From contig MU054187.1 of the NCBI GenBank assembly GCA_013239625.1, positions 10,685,231 through 10,749,230 on the forward strand: 64,000 nt of DNA, read 5' to 3'. The notes beneath the pieces were generated by a model, which was not told where the DNA came from, did no database searches, and saw nothing but the letters and a program-made list of their open reading frames with translations. This document shows positions 1 through 12,298 of this stretch, piece after piece. The translations under genes were made by a program, and so were the position numbers. Each line of letters begins with the position of its first letter. Positions within the stretch are counted from its first letter, which is position 1. This DNA is from Lama guanicoe (taxonomy: Eukaryota).

Positions 1-1990
1 TAGTTATTCTATGTATTTGAAAATAATAAATTTGTAATTAAAATACTAAAGTATTCTTTCATGAGTTCATGTAGATCTTCTCCTGTGTGGAATGATTTAT
101 GCGGAATAGAGGCCATAAATTTATTTACCTATATTTTCGGTTAAGTATAATATTGAAGTTTAAAGTGAATAACCTTACTTTGAGAAATTTTATTTTACAT
201 TTTACTTTAAAGGTCATTTTTAGATTTTCTTCACTAGCAGTATTTACTAATGTTGAAACTAACCTTTAGTATATGACTAAATTGCTTCTGAAATTTAAAA
301 CCTATGTTTAATTTTTAAAGGCTTGTTTTTAAGTGAATTATCATATGCGATTATAGCGCAGTTACTTTCCCAAAGTCAGTAGTAGTTATTCCATTAACAT
401 GTATACGCATTAACCAGTTTGCCGAATGAACTGTCAGTTGTTCTGTGTAAGGATGAAGGCAAAAGCTTTGAAAGTGGTTTAGGATGATCTAAACTTCGAC
501 TGAGAAAAATATTCTGTACGTTATCAAGTTTTTGAGGTCTTAGACATGCGCCTCAGAAAAGTTTCACCCACGGGAATCCGCAGATGAGGTGGGGTAAAGT
601 TACAACAGGTGTCTGTCTCTGATTCTTTTTACATGCAGTGCCTACAATCTGCATTGGTCTTGCCATCCTGTAATAGTAATTATAGTTTGTCTTTTGTTTT
701 AGAAAAATTTTAGTACTTAAAAGCTTTAACCTCAGCATTCATATTGCCAAGTGGTGCAGGCACGGAAGACTGTTTAGATATGTCCTGTGCTTCCTCTAAC
801 TGTGGTTACGTAGACACGTGGCCTCCTTCACTCAGGATAGCTTGCTCCGCTCACTGAGAAGAGATGTCTGAAGTCTATTAGGTGTACTAAGATATATACA
901 CACACACACACACACACATATATATATGCATTTTATATCATATATATTTATAATTTTTTGTTTTTATAATACCTTATAAAATTATAAAGATAATACTTAG
1001 ATTTTAAAGTTAGATTCTTGTGTCTTATTTTGTGTGAAGGTATGAAATATGGAGTTGTTCAGTATATTGAATGTCTGTCTAAATATGCCAGAAGGGCACC
1101 CAGGAGGCCATCTTTGATCACTGACACTAGTGTGCTGTACAAACTAGAGTTGATTTAACTGGCTTTGCCATCAGAAGAAGTAGCCGATTAAGAACAAAGT
1201 TGTTGAATTTTCAAATGATAGTTCTGCTGGAAATAGGAAGTTTTGGATAGATAATTTTGGATGCAAATGTATGTTACTCACTCGTGTATTCATTCAACAA
1301 ACATGTTTGAGAATTCACTTTGTAAAAGGCAGTGGGCATCAGTTTTGCGTTGGATGTATTTCGTTCAAAAATCTTTACAGTATCTCCTCTGTGTTAATCT
1401 TCTTGATGTCTTTTACTTGGAATGACATTATTTGTAACATAAACCTATTCTAAACCATGTAGGTATATAGGCTGTGCGAGTGAAGTCAAGAATATTAAGT
1501 TGACAAAAATGCTCTAGAAAACACACATTTAAAGTTGAGTATCTAATCCCTCAAGCAAATTTACTAGAGTTTCGGATGAATATATATTTTTGTAACTGCC
1601 AAGTAAATGAGTAGAACATAGATTTTTGTTTTAAAAATATTTTTATAAGTATTCATTTACACAGTATTCATTATTTTAAACATTAAAATGTCAAATTGGT
1701 TCTATAAATAGTGTGTCTTTTGAATATATCCATATTTAACATTGTATAACACCCAAAATGTAATGACAGATTTCATCTGAATACGTTATTATAGTAGTCT
1801 GTTTTTTCCTTTGTAAAAATATGTATGTAACATAGTTTCAGTCACTCAGTATTTTGTGTATGGTTAAAATGATCCAAATGTATTATGTGTTTTATATCAT
1901 TTATTTTTATCTGCATAAAAGACTAGAATAGTAACATTGTACCATAAATGTCAAAAATAATAAAGTGCAATGTAGTATGAACATTTCAGT
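1..1990 (+). other. PREX2: Probable distal 3' UTR and poly(A) site of the upstream gene (PREX2 by synteny)
   Basis: Largely repeat-poor AT/U-rich sequence ending in AATAAA at 1959-1964, with TE-rich DNA starting soon after. Identity is inferred only from the known PREX2-C8orf34 gene order; no coding exon is visible. Confidence 0.45.
897..928. repeat. (CA)n(TA)n microsatellite
   Basis: Directly visible tandem dinucleotides. Confidence 0.95.
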
Positions 1991-2269
1991 TTCTATCCAC
2001 TTAAATTTAACCAATTCCTATTATATTCTCATCTGTTTAGGAGACAAAAAAAAAAATCCGTGAAACAGAGCTTTTCACCCTTTAAGAATTCACAAGCTCA
2101 GCAGAATATACTTGATAAACATAGGAAACAAATCTACAAATATGAACCAAGGTGAGTTGTAGATATGGTAACTGCTAGGAAGAGGTCAGGAAAAGAAGCT
2201 AAATACGGGCAGGAAAGCTTCACAGAAGGTCAGAGACTGCTTTTCCCTGAATTAACTGGCCGATCCCGC

Positions 2270-3100
2270 AAGGTTTATTCAGTACCTATTATGGATAAGC
2301 CCTTGTCCTAGTTGCTGGGGGTGTTATAAATGCATGTAATTCCCAAACTCTGCAGTTTAAAGAACTTGGTGTGTATAAATGATTAACGCAGTGCACAAAC
2401 CAAAATGGTAACTACCAACATAAGGTGATATACACTAATACAGAATGAGACATGAGACAATGAGAAATGTGTATGCTAGAAATTCAAAGAATTTAGATTC
2501 AATCTAACATCTCTTTATTGGGCACCTGGGAATCACTGGTCAGGCACTGAGCTAAGCTGGGTAGTTAGTCATTAGAAACATATTTGGCTGTTAACCCATG
2601 TGGCGTTTACAGTCTAGAAGAAGACGACTGACCAAAAAATGCAGAAATGATGCAAGATGGCTAGATCAGCTTTCAGAATGTGTACGATTAAGCAGCAGCA
2701 GAAGGGAATGGCAACCTTGTTAATGAGAACAGCATGACTATGTCCACTGGGATGTAAATGTGCCGGGTATTTCGGTGGGATGGTGAGTAGATCCGTCTGG
2801 ATAGGGGATTGCGATTGTGGATGTAATTAGAAAAAGAGATGGATACAAAAGAAGGCTGAATCTGGATGGCCTCTGAATGTCTCTGGATGGTCTCTGAATG
2901 CCAGGCTAAGAAGTCTGGACATTTTACATATAAGAAAGTTGAGCTATCTAGTTCATAATGATGATAAGGAATTATGAAATCCCAGTGAGCTGTTTGAAAA
3001 ATGTGTGTGTTGTTGACTGTGCAGATTATCTCAGAAAAATGAAAAAAAAACAATCGTTGGAGGAAAGAAAAGTCAATAACTAGATTTTACGTTTAGGAGC
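2270..3100. mobile_element. Degraded LINE-2 fragments
   Basis: L2-like motifs (tttattcagtacctattat, tttattgggcacctgg...caggcactgagctaagc, gaatgccaggctaagaagtctggac). Boundaries approximate. Confidence 0.55.
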
Positions 3101-4649
3101 TTGCTGGCATACTGAGATTGCAAATTTAATACAGTAATAAGAAGAAAATGAAATCAGCGAGCCGAGGCTGTTTGTTTTAGAATGGCATTTCAGACGCCGG
3201 CATTCCGCAGATGCTGTTAGGTGAGACACACACATACCCAAAGTATTTTGTGGTCAAAATAAGTTTAAGAAACAAAAAATTAAACAGGCTTCCTTATGAG
3301 AGGACTTCTCTGACTTTTCAGTGCACTTATACAAATCATGACTTTGGAGGAGAGAGGTGGTGTGTGGTGTTTCCCAGCTTGCTAGAAGATAGGACGTGTT
3401 TCATCCAAGATTTGCTGGTATTTCCTTGGAATACAAATACTCAGCAGAGCCCAATATAGGAAAACTGTTCTGGAAGTTTTATGATAACATGAGGGGGGAA
3501 AAAGGTAAACAGGAGATGGCGTAGCCCTTACCTGATGGGGGGTTGCGATTAAGGCTTAAAGGAAGAACTGACAAAAATGAACAGAAACAGTGGAGTAGAA
3601 TTAAAATCAGGTTGTGACAGCGTCACCATTCGCCTATGTTCAGGACCTTACGGGCTCGGAGGAGCTTCCTCCACAGGGAAATACAGGCGTCTCCTCTCCT
3701 TCCAGATCTGTTCAGCTCTGTGACAGGACGAGATGTTAGAATGGAGGACCCCTGAGTAAGTCAGCGCTTGGCACCAGCGCACCATGGTTTTTAGACTACA
3801 TTTGTGGTTGTTGATGGCCACGTCCACGGTGTCTTATTCGTTAGATGACTTAAAGGTAAAAGACTAATCTTCTCTTTACCTTTGTGTTTTGTATTTTAAA
3901 AGATGTTAAGTGTGGGGTTTTCTAGACTGATCTTTGGTCTGCCATTTGAACATGATCTGAATGCATATCTCACTGATCTTTTTGAAGCTGAGTCTTGAGA
4001 ATATGAACCCTTCAGTCATCTCCAGGATTCCTTGGGGTCAGGAATTTTCCAGATCTAAATGTAGACCCCCCCCCACCGTTAATTAAAGTGGACATGTGGG
4101 GAAAAGTTTCGGTACAAGACTGTCTAGAAATTCGGCAAGTCACACCGAGTTCTTCAACCCTCTGCCCTTGACGCGCTATCTTGCTTTTACTTAGAAGAGA
4201 CCTGTGAACTCGTTGCCAGAAAAGTGATAAAATATATTATTCGAGGGCTGGGTGCTCAGAGAAGAAGGCAGTGATCACCATATGATACAAGAGAGTGTTC
4301 TGTTTAGGGCACTGTAGTTCAGAAGGATGAAGACAAGTGAAGCTATAAATGATGGTCAAAGAATGACTAAGGACGTGCAGGGATTGATCGCCAAGAAATA
4401 TTAGGTCTGTTACAAGCTGCTGCCACTCTGACTGCCCACATGGTGACTCACTGTTAACGATCTTTACCTCAGAGTTAGAAGTTAGGCTGTTACCTAACTT
4501 TAGCAATGAGAGATCTCGAAATTGTAACCAGATGGATAAAATAGGCCCAAAGATGATATGAAAGAGGCTTTTATATATAGCCTTTGAAAATGTATTTGAC
4601 TTGTATAAAATGTTGGTTGGCAGGTTAGCCAGGATAAGCTGTTTTTCCC

Positions 4650-5590
4650 ACCTTTTTTTGATTGAGGTGAAATTCACATAACGTAAACTTGACATATACA
4701 ATTCACTGGCGTTCAGTACATTAGCAGGGTTGTGAGTGCAAACATCACCTCTGTCTAGCTCCAAACCGTTCTCATCAAATCCAGACAGGTTTTTTTTTTA
4801 ATTAAATTTTTGAGATGATTGTAGATTTACATTTTTGACAAATTTGGAAAAGCCGTTCAGTGGAGAAAGGATAGCCTTTTCACCAAATGGTTCTAAGACA
4901 ATTAGACATCTGCAGCTATAAAAATGATTCTTGAATTCAGCATTATGCCTCATATAAAAATTGACCCAAATTGGGTCATAGACTTACGTGTAAAAGGTAG
5001 TAAGACAAAAGTTTTAGGAAAAAATATAGAAGAAAAATCTTTGGCATCTGGGGCAAGATAGAGTTCTTAGACTTGACAAAAAAAAATGATCTATAAAAGG
5101 AAAAATTGATGAATTAGAGCTGATCAAAAATTTAAAACATTTTCTATTTTAAAGCTTATGTGACGACTTTAAAAAGACAAGTTGCAGGCTGGGTGAAAAT
5201 AGTTGCAGACTACATATTTGACCCATTACTAATGTTTAAGAATATGTAAAGAACTCCGAAAAAAGCCAGTTGCAAAAGGTTTCATACTGTGTGATTCCAT
5301 TTACGTAGCTTTCTTAACATGGCAAAATGATACAGCCAGAGAGCAAGTAGAGAGACATGGACAGGAAGGAAGTGGGTGTGGCTCTGCAAGGGTGGCAAGA
5401 ATGATCCTTGTGGTGATGGAACATTCTCTACCTTGACAGTATTAATGTTGGTATCCTGGTTGTGAAACTCTGCCGTGCTTTGGAGGACTTTTCAGGGAAA
5501 CTGGGTAAAGGACACATGAGATATTTCAGAATTACTTCTTACAACTGCATGTGAATCTACCATTATCTCCATAAAAATTTCAATTAAAAA
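4650..5590. mobile_element. Old L1 fragments: antisense 3' end (~4650-4830), then sense ORF2 3' part and L1MD-like 3' UTR (~4830-5590)
   Basis: ttgaggtgaaattcacataac...; cagtggagaaaggatagccttttcaccaaatgg; catactgtgtgattccattt; acaactgcatgtgaatctac...A-rich end. Confidence 0.8.
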
Positions 5591-5899
5591 TACAGAATGA
5601 GTTTTAAATGCCTCTCCAAGTGGTAACTTTTAAAGGTTGCTTTATTAGTAAGGGAAATATATTCCTGAAAATGAAATCATATTTTGAGATAAGGGCTAGT
5701 AAGTATGATGCTTCCTTCTTTATTCTTTCCTCCTCTGAGCATTTGTTCATTCATTCATTCATTCATTCAGAAAGTCAACCACATGAATTGGGCACCCACT
5801 TCGTGGAAGCTTGGTGTTGGAACCAAGTGCCCTGCTGCCCTCCACGTCCCCTGGAGGAGCTTCTGTTGGGAAGTGTGACAAGCCTTTGACCGGATGAAC

Positions 5900-6110
5900 A
5901 GCCTAGTACTCTGATTTAGAGGTCCACTCCAACAATCAATAGTCGTGTGACTATGGGCAAGTTACTTCTTTTAACCTCAAATTCTCTGAGCTATAAAATT
6001 GCACTAGTAATGCCCCTTATGTCACCAGGCTGTTGCATATATTAAATGAGATAATGTAGGTAAGAATTTAGCACTGAGCCTGGCATCTAGAAACACTCTA
6101 TGGTGTTTCC
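5900..6110 (+). mobile_element. MIR SINE
   Basis: Core motifs gtgtgactatgggcaagttactt...attaaatgagataatg...agcactgagcctggca. Confidence 0.75.
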
Positions 6111-6730
6111 TAAATAACAGAATATTAAATGTTATTATGAAGTAGAACTAAGAAAGACCTGCTCTCCACTTCTTTGACAGATGGCTGATTTGGGGACTAG
6201 GAAGATGGGGATTGAGGAGTTAGCTACCATTGGAAAGCATGGTTTGCCATGTAAGGTGTTTGCAGGTTATCTGTGGGCAGTGGTGAACCTTCAGAAGTTT
6301 TCAAGCAGGTCAACAAATGAAATGATCGAAATGGCTATATTCACAACAGTGCGGTTAGAAGACTGTTACAATAAACAAAATCTAGTTTCTCAGAGTTTCT
6401 TAGACAAGTTCATCAGAATCACTTGAAGGATTACACTTAGGGATTTCATCTCAATAAGTTTTTCAGGTGATTCTCTTTGTGCACTGGGGTTTGAGAACTG
6501 CTGGTCTAAAAGAAAAGTGATGGAATTCTTAACAAAAGAATATCACAGAGAATAGAGAAGAGGAGGAGTTTCAAGAAACATGCAGGCAGTGTATTAAGAT
6601 TTATCAACTCATAGGATGTAGGGAAATAGATTAAAGAATCAAGGGTGTCTCCAAAGGTTTTAGCTTGGACAGTTGGCCCCCATAATAAGGAAAGGCAGGA
6701 TGAGTTGCAGATTTGGAGGAAAATAAAATA

Positions 6731-7065
6731 CACTTGGGCCTCCATATCTGCAGGTTCCACATCCACAGATTCAGTCGACTATGAATTGAAAATATTCTTT
6801 AAACATTCCAAAAAGTTTCAAAAAGCAAAGCTTGAATTTGCTGCATGCCGGCAACTATTTACATTGCATTTACAACTATTTACATAACATTTACATTGTA
6901 CAAGGTATTGTAAGTAATCTAGAGATGATTTAAAGTGTACAGAAGGATGTGCATAACTTATATGCCAGTACGCTGCCATGTTATTTAAGGGACTTGAGCA
7001 TCCATGGATTTTGGTATCTTTGGGAGTCCTGGAACCAATCCCCCATGGAATCTGGAAGACAGTGG
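6731..7065. mobile_element. MER2-like TcMar-Tigger non-autonomous DNA transposon inside an L2 remnant
   Basis: TA on both flanks (6729-30, 7066-67), degenerate TIRs, and MER2-type internal sequence (ttgagcatccatggattttggtatc...ctggaaccaatccccc). Confidence 0.8.
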
Positions 7066-7599
7066 TATGTGCACCTTGCAGCATATTGAATTTGAGGACA
7101 TCCAGATGGAAGTAGCCAATAGTCCAATTTTAAAAATGTGTCTGGTTTTTAAGTAAAAGATGAGGACTGGAAATCTAGGAAATATGGGATTAATAAGGCC
7201 ACCCGTAAGAGCACGTGGAGTTAAAAGACTAGGAAGCTGAGGATGAAATTCTGGGACACTAAAATTTAAGAAAAGAAAAGATACTGTGAATGAAACCCAG
7301 AGGAAATATTTAAAGTGACTGAAAGGAGATTCAAGGAATTGGGTGGTCACAGAAGTCAAGAAAGTAGAGTTCAGAGGGAATTGCCAAATGATTCAGAGAT
7401 TGTAAGTAGATTGAGGAGTAAAAAGAATATTTGGCCCTTTAATTATTATTATTATTATTATTTTCTTGGTTTCTACATGTTTTTTGTAAGATCAAAAAAG
7501 GTTGTTTTAAAAAAAAAATGTATAGCAGTTAACAAGCTCACCAGAGTGCCCATTGTCCAGCACCTTTATGTATCTATTTTATAGATTATATACTATAGA

Positions 7600-8118
7600 A
7601 ATCTATATCGTCCTGGTTCTTTCAGTATAAGTAATAGATAGAAACCAAAGTTTGAGTGACTTTAACAACCAAAACAAAACATTAAAAGGGTACAATGATG
7701 CTGTTAAATGTTGGAGGCAGATCCCGTGGGCAGGACCATCCCTCAGGACTAGGACTTTGCTTTCCTGTTTTTGCCCCTTTCTCTGACCAGCTCTCCCATA
7801 GTAATAGCAGATTGACCACCACCATCACTAGGCTTCTATTTCACACAGTTTACCAACTGCAGTTGAAGAAAACTTCCCAAAAGTTGCCACAAAATTCCTG
7901 CATTTTTCTGATTGGTCTAGGCTGAGTCATGTGACTTCCTTTGAACCAATCACTAGAGCCAGGCAGATAATGTACTCTTATTGGCAAGGCCAGAATTACA
8001 TTGTCTATCTCTTGATTAACAGTGGGGGCTGTCAGAGGATTCCCAAAAGGAAAATCAGGGTGATATTACCAGAAGCAGAAACGGATTCTGGGCAAGTATG
8101 AACAACAGATGGCTATGA
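7600..8118 (-). mobile_element. Old MaLR LTR (MLT1J/K/L-like)
   Basis: Motifs tctgattggtctaggctgagtcatgtg...gaaccaatcact and ttcccaaaaggaaaatcagggtg...accagaag. Confidence 0.65.
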
Positions 8119-9749
8119 GAATAGTTCTAGAGTGTTCATGTGCCAATCTTAATTACATGCTTTATTGTGCATTGACAAGTCTATCAATGTATTTCCTCTT
8201 CTGTGAAATTTCCTGATCTCTTAAAATGAGAACAGGAAAGTAATTATCTTTAAAAGAGATACTCAGTCCAGAAGCCAGCTTACAGTAGGTTATATATTGA
8301 GCTGAAGAGGGGAAAACAATGTTAACTATAGATCACTTTTCTTATGAAGTTGGTGGAAGAGGAAAGGAGCTGTAGTTTGGATAGGAAGCAGTATAAAGTT
8401 TTTGTTTTTGTTTTAGCTTGTAGGCAAGGGATTGATGAAGATATATTTCTCTATTAAGAATGAAAATGCTGGATTTTTTTTCCATGTAGCTATAGGTAAA
8501 ATGCTTTTCATGATAAGGGTATATAAATACATATGTCTTGGATTTGTTTTATTTGGCTTTGGACCCTGGGGGTACATTACTTAACTGTATGTCTTCAGTG
8601 TGATATTAACCCAAGAAAGACCATGCTTTGTGGGAAAATGGGTTTAGGAGTCCCAATGCATAGTTGACAAACTAGTGACCCAAATGGAGCTTCATATTTT
8701 ATATCAGACATTTCCCAAGAGTTGAAAAGCTATCAACTAAAGAATTTAGGTACATTTTTAAATTTTAATATTTGCATGGCGCACATGATTGTCCATAGAG
8801 TGAAAGTATTCTTAAAAAGTAAACCAAATGAAGAAGGTCTTTGGCACAATATCTTGAATTCAGATCTGAACGATGGATGGCACGTGTAGTTCTGAACTTA
8901 TTCCCTGACCATTCTCTCCCTCCTTTGGGGACAAAATTAAAAGTCAGAGGTGGAAAAACTAGATGATTATTACTACCGTACTATTTATTGTGTAAGTTCA
9001 GCAAGAAATAATGCTGGCCTTGAACTTCAACTTTAAAACTGAAATCCAGAAAGAAATATGTCTGGTGCCACTCTGAGTAAAAGAAGATGACGAAGAGCCG
9101 TCCCCCAGTGTTTTCACAGCTGACGTTGTAAATCACGGAGACATGTAAGAGGCATCGCCTGCAGCTTTTCTCAAGTTTCTGGGATACATTTCAAGCATCT
9201 TTTAGAGTCACTTTAATCCACTGTCACTTTATGCTTCAACCAGAGGAGAAAAGGGAAAGGACTGTGATTAAGTTTCACTTCTCCTGGGACCATTTCATCA
9301 AAGTCTCTGACATAAACTAAACAATTATCAGATGCCTGAGCCCTGGACGACAGACTACAAATGATGCCAAGTTCGTCTCTAGAGCAGAGGCAGAGTGAGA
9401 AGCTATCTGAAATATCTCATATTAACATTTAGGTTGACATTAGTTAAGGGAATGGTTGAGAAAAAATCAGGTGTTTGAGAAAACTTAAAAACTGTAAATT
9501 TGATTGCAACTCTTGCCAGTGCTCATGGGAATAATGTCACTTGAGATGTCAGAGTTGAATCACATCTCCATTTCCAGTGTTGGAATTATTCTTATGTTAA
9601 GTATAGAGACAGTGGACAATGGCATGCCGGAAAGGATGAGTATGGTATTAGTAAGGAGATGTATGGTCCACATGTAAGGCAGTCCTGATTCTGTGATTGG
9701 CATAAAGGATGTTTCTGATTCTAGCTGTGTGTGGTAGGGCCCAGAGGGT

Positions 9750-10280
9750 TGTATTAACCATGTCTTCTATTTTCTGCATCCTGATGTTTTGACATCTGGG
9801 GACTTACTGACCCTTCACGAAGGGACTGCTCCTCCCAGTGTGACCCAACTCCTTGAGAAAGTACACAACCCACCAGCGCAGTGTTTTTCAAATGCAAACC
9901 AACCAATCCAGAGCCCACAACCCCACTATCTCTTTTATCAGGCTCTCACACTCTGGGCCACTCTCCTTCTGCCCTCATCACTCCAGGGTTAGGTACCAGA
10001 CAACTAGGAAAAGCCTCTACACCCCAGAGCCTATTAATGCTATTCAAGTTGACCCTGCCTTACCTGTTTCTTCTCAGAAAAACCAAAATAAAGGCTCTTG
10101 TCTCCACTTTCCTTCTTCCTCTGCATCCTGACCAACCCTGGTGCTTCCCCATCTGGCCCCCACATAGCATGGCAGGCCCGTCCTCTTGAGAATTGTAACA
10201 AATTGTCTTTTCAATGTCAGCCATCTCCTGATCTGTTGGCCTCACCATACCTGAATAATCATACAACCTATCTTTAAACA
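9750..10280 (+). mobile_element. Solo LTR (MER21/MER68/MER77-like), copy 1
   Basis: TG...CA ends and AATAAA at ~10087; clearly homologous to 27368-27926. TSD imperfect. Confidence 0.8.
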
Positions 10281-10289
10281 GGGATGAGG

Positions 10290-12298
10290 GTGTGAGGTGG
10301 CAGGGGTAAAATGTCTGAAACACTGACAGTAAAGCTCTATTGGATGGTCACATTGCCCCCAAGACCATTTTGTGACAGTCCTGGCAGGACCTCTCATTTT
10401 TAACTGCTTGAAGTCACCTCCTCAGGGGACACCAAAGCTCACCAGCATCACCTTCTGTCCTTCAGAGTCCGCAGCTGGTTGTGCTGGTGAGGCGGTTACT
10501 TCCAGTTAGTTTTGTTGGTGAGTTTGTTGATAACATGCTCAGGGCACTGGGCATAAGACTGGATGACTTCTTTTCAGGAGGGCCAGGGCTCCTTCTGCTT
10601 TTGTGGAGTGGATTAATCTATATGTGGGATTGGAATCAAGTAGTGGTTCCTGAATCTCGCTCAGCATCAGAATCGCTCCCAGAATCAGAAGACAAAGCAA
10701 ACCTTTTCTCAGGCCTCCCGCCAGTTTAGATTTTAATTTCCTTTCTGCTTATATAAGCTGGCTACTAGTGTGGGGATTCTAAAGTAGTAGCAGAAAATTT
10801 CAAGCTTTTACCTTGTGAAATTCTCTCAACTTTCTCTCCTCTAGCCAGCTGATGGGCTTGTCTTGGGGCAGTTTGCTGTAAGCTGAATGTTTGAGTCCTC
10901 CCCAGATTTGTATAGTGAACCCTGACCCCTAATGTGATGGTATTGGAGGTGAGGACTTTGTGGAGGTAATTATGTCATGAGGGTGGAGCCCTCATAGTGA
11001 GATTAGTGCCCTTATGAAGGAGACCCCAGAGAACTTCTCGTGGGACACAGCAAGACGTTAGCTCTCAGTGAAGCAGGAATCAGGCTCTCACCAGACATCT
11101 AATCTGTTGGCTCCTTTATTTTGGACTTCTCAGCCTCCAGAACTATAAGAAATAAATTTCTGTTCTTTATAAGCTGTCCATCCTATGGTATTTTGTTCTA
11201 GCAGCCCAGACGGACCAAGACAGTTCTACTTAGTCAGAGACAGACATGTAGCAAAAGCCTTGCCCATCACACCACCAGTTCCCACATTGTCCGTATCTGT
11301 TGGTTCTCTGTTTTCTCCAGGTTTCTCTAGGAAATCTTCTTCATGCCAGCAGTGTGGGGTAGCGGAGAGAACGAACAACATACACACATACCTACGTATG
11401 ACAGGGTTTGTGTACAAACACCAGCTAACCAGAGACGTTGGCCAGGCTCACCTCTTCCGCAGAATGGATATGTAAATTAAATAAAGTGCTTAAAATAATT
11501 CCTGTATTTATTTAATACATGCTACTTTCCTTTAATATGTCTCTTTCCCTCTTTCCATGATAATTTCACTTCCCTGTCAACTTCTGGGAAAGGAACCCTT
11601 ATCGTTACTTGTTTGTGTATCAGGAATGTTTTTAGAAATTCAATTTTCAAGTCTTCTTAGCCAAAACTTTCATTCAAAATCAGCTAGTTGCTAACTTCCT
11701 GATTATTAGAAATTTCCGCACTGTCCACTACTCCCATCTTAGAACTCTGGTCATACATCATTAGCAGAATTTCTTCTGTTTTCTCCACTCAGTATTTTAG
11801 CAAAACAGGTAGCAGCAAAAGCAGGTTTCCACCAATCTCGAAATGTTTATGCCTATTCATGCTGTTCCTGGTCCAAAGGGCCATCCATCTCTCAGGATGC
11901 AGCAGATGGAGCGATCACTGTTGACTGATTTGAGTAGAAATTCTTCTGAGTTGGTCATGAACTTGGCTGGGCCTTGAGAGATGAGTATCGTTTTGCTAGA
12001 TGGAGTTAATAAGGAGGAGCAGACAGGGTTTATGCTAAAAGGTTCAGAAAATATAAATAGCAAGGCTCTGGCAGAGCGATGCCACATTGACTATTGTTAT
12101 TATGTTCTCTTTTGCAAGGGGCTCTGAATCCATCTTTGCTAATAATGGCACATTGACAACAAAACGTATTAACAGGTTAAACCAGAAAAAGACCTGAAGC
12201 GGGATGGGAGATGGGAACCGGGAAGGCTCTGTGTGAGTCACGGAGGAAACATACTGCGGCAGAGACAGCCCCAAACCTCTGCTAAGTGCTTCTGCCAT
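10290..12298 (-). pseudogene. Candidate endogenous mononegavirus (borna-/filovirus-like) nucleoprotein fossil, interrupted by MLT1
   Basis: A single frame from 12298/12133 with ~10 stops reads ...QISQQ*SLHLLHPERW...DSAEISN...G*EDLKIEFLKTFL...PFPEVDREVK...YPFCG...LAGVCTQTLSYVGMCV...HTAGM, collinear with recalled N/NP core motifs. By-eye comparison only. Confidence 0.5.
10874..11220 (+). mobile_element. MLT1A/MLT1A0-type MaLR solo LTR
   Basis: Typical sequence (aatgtgatggtattggaggtg, gagggtggagccctcat, cagcctccagaactataagaaataaatttctgtt). CAGTT flanks both sides (10869-10873, 11221-11225). Confidence 0.9.

Noticed and set aside
4237..4764. 175-aa minus-strand ORF
   Set aside because: Starts inside an L1 fragment at a non-ATG codon and has no recognisable protein features.
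10290..12298. Host processed pseudogene or LINE ORF1 as the explanation for the coding-like region
   Set aside because: No cellular protein or TE that I recall matches; not excluded without a database search.
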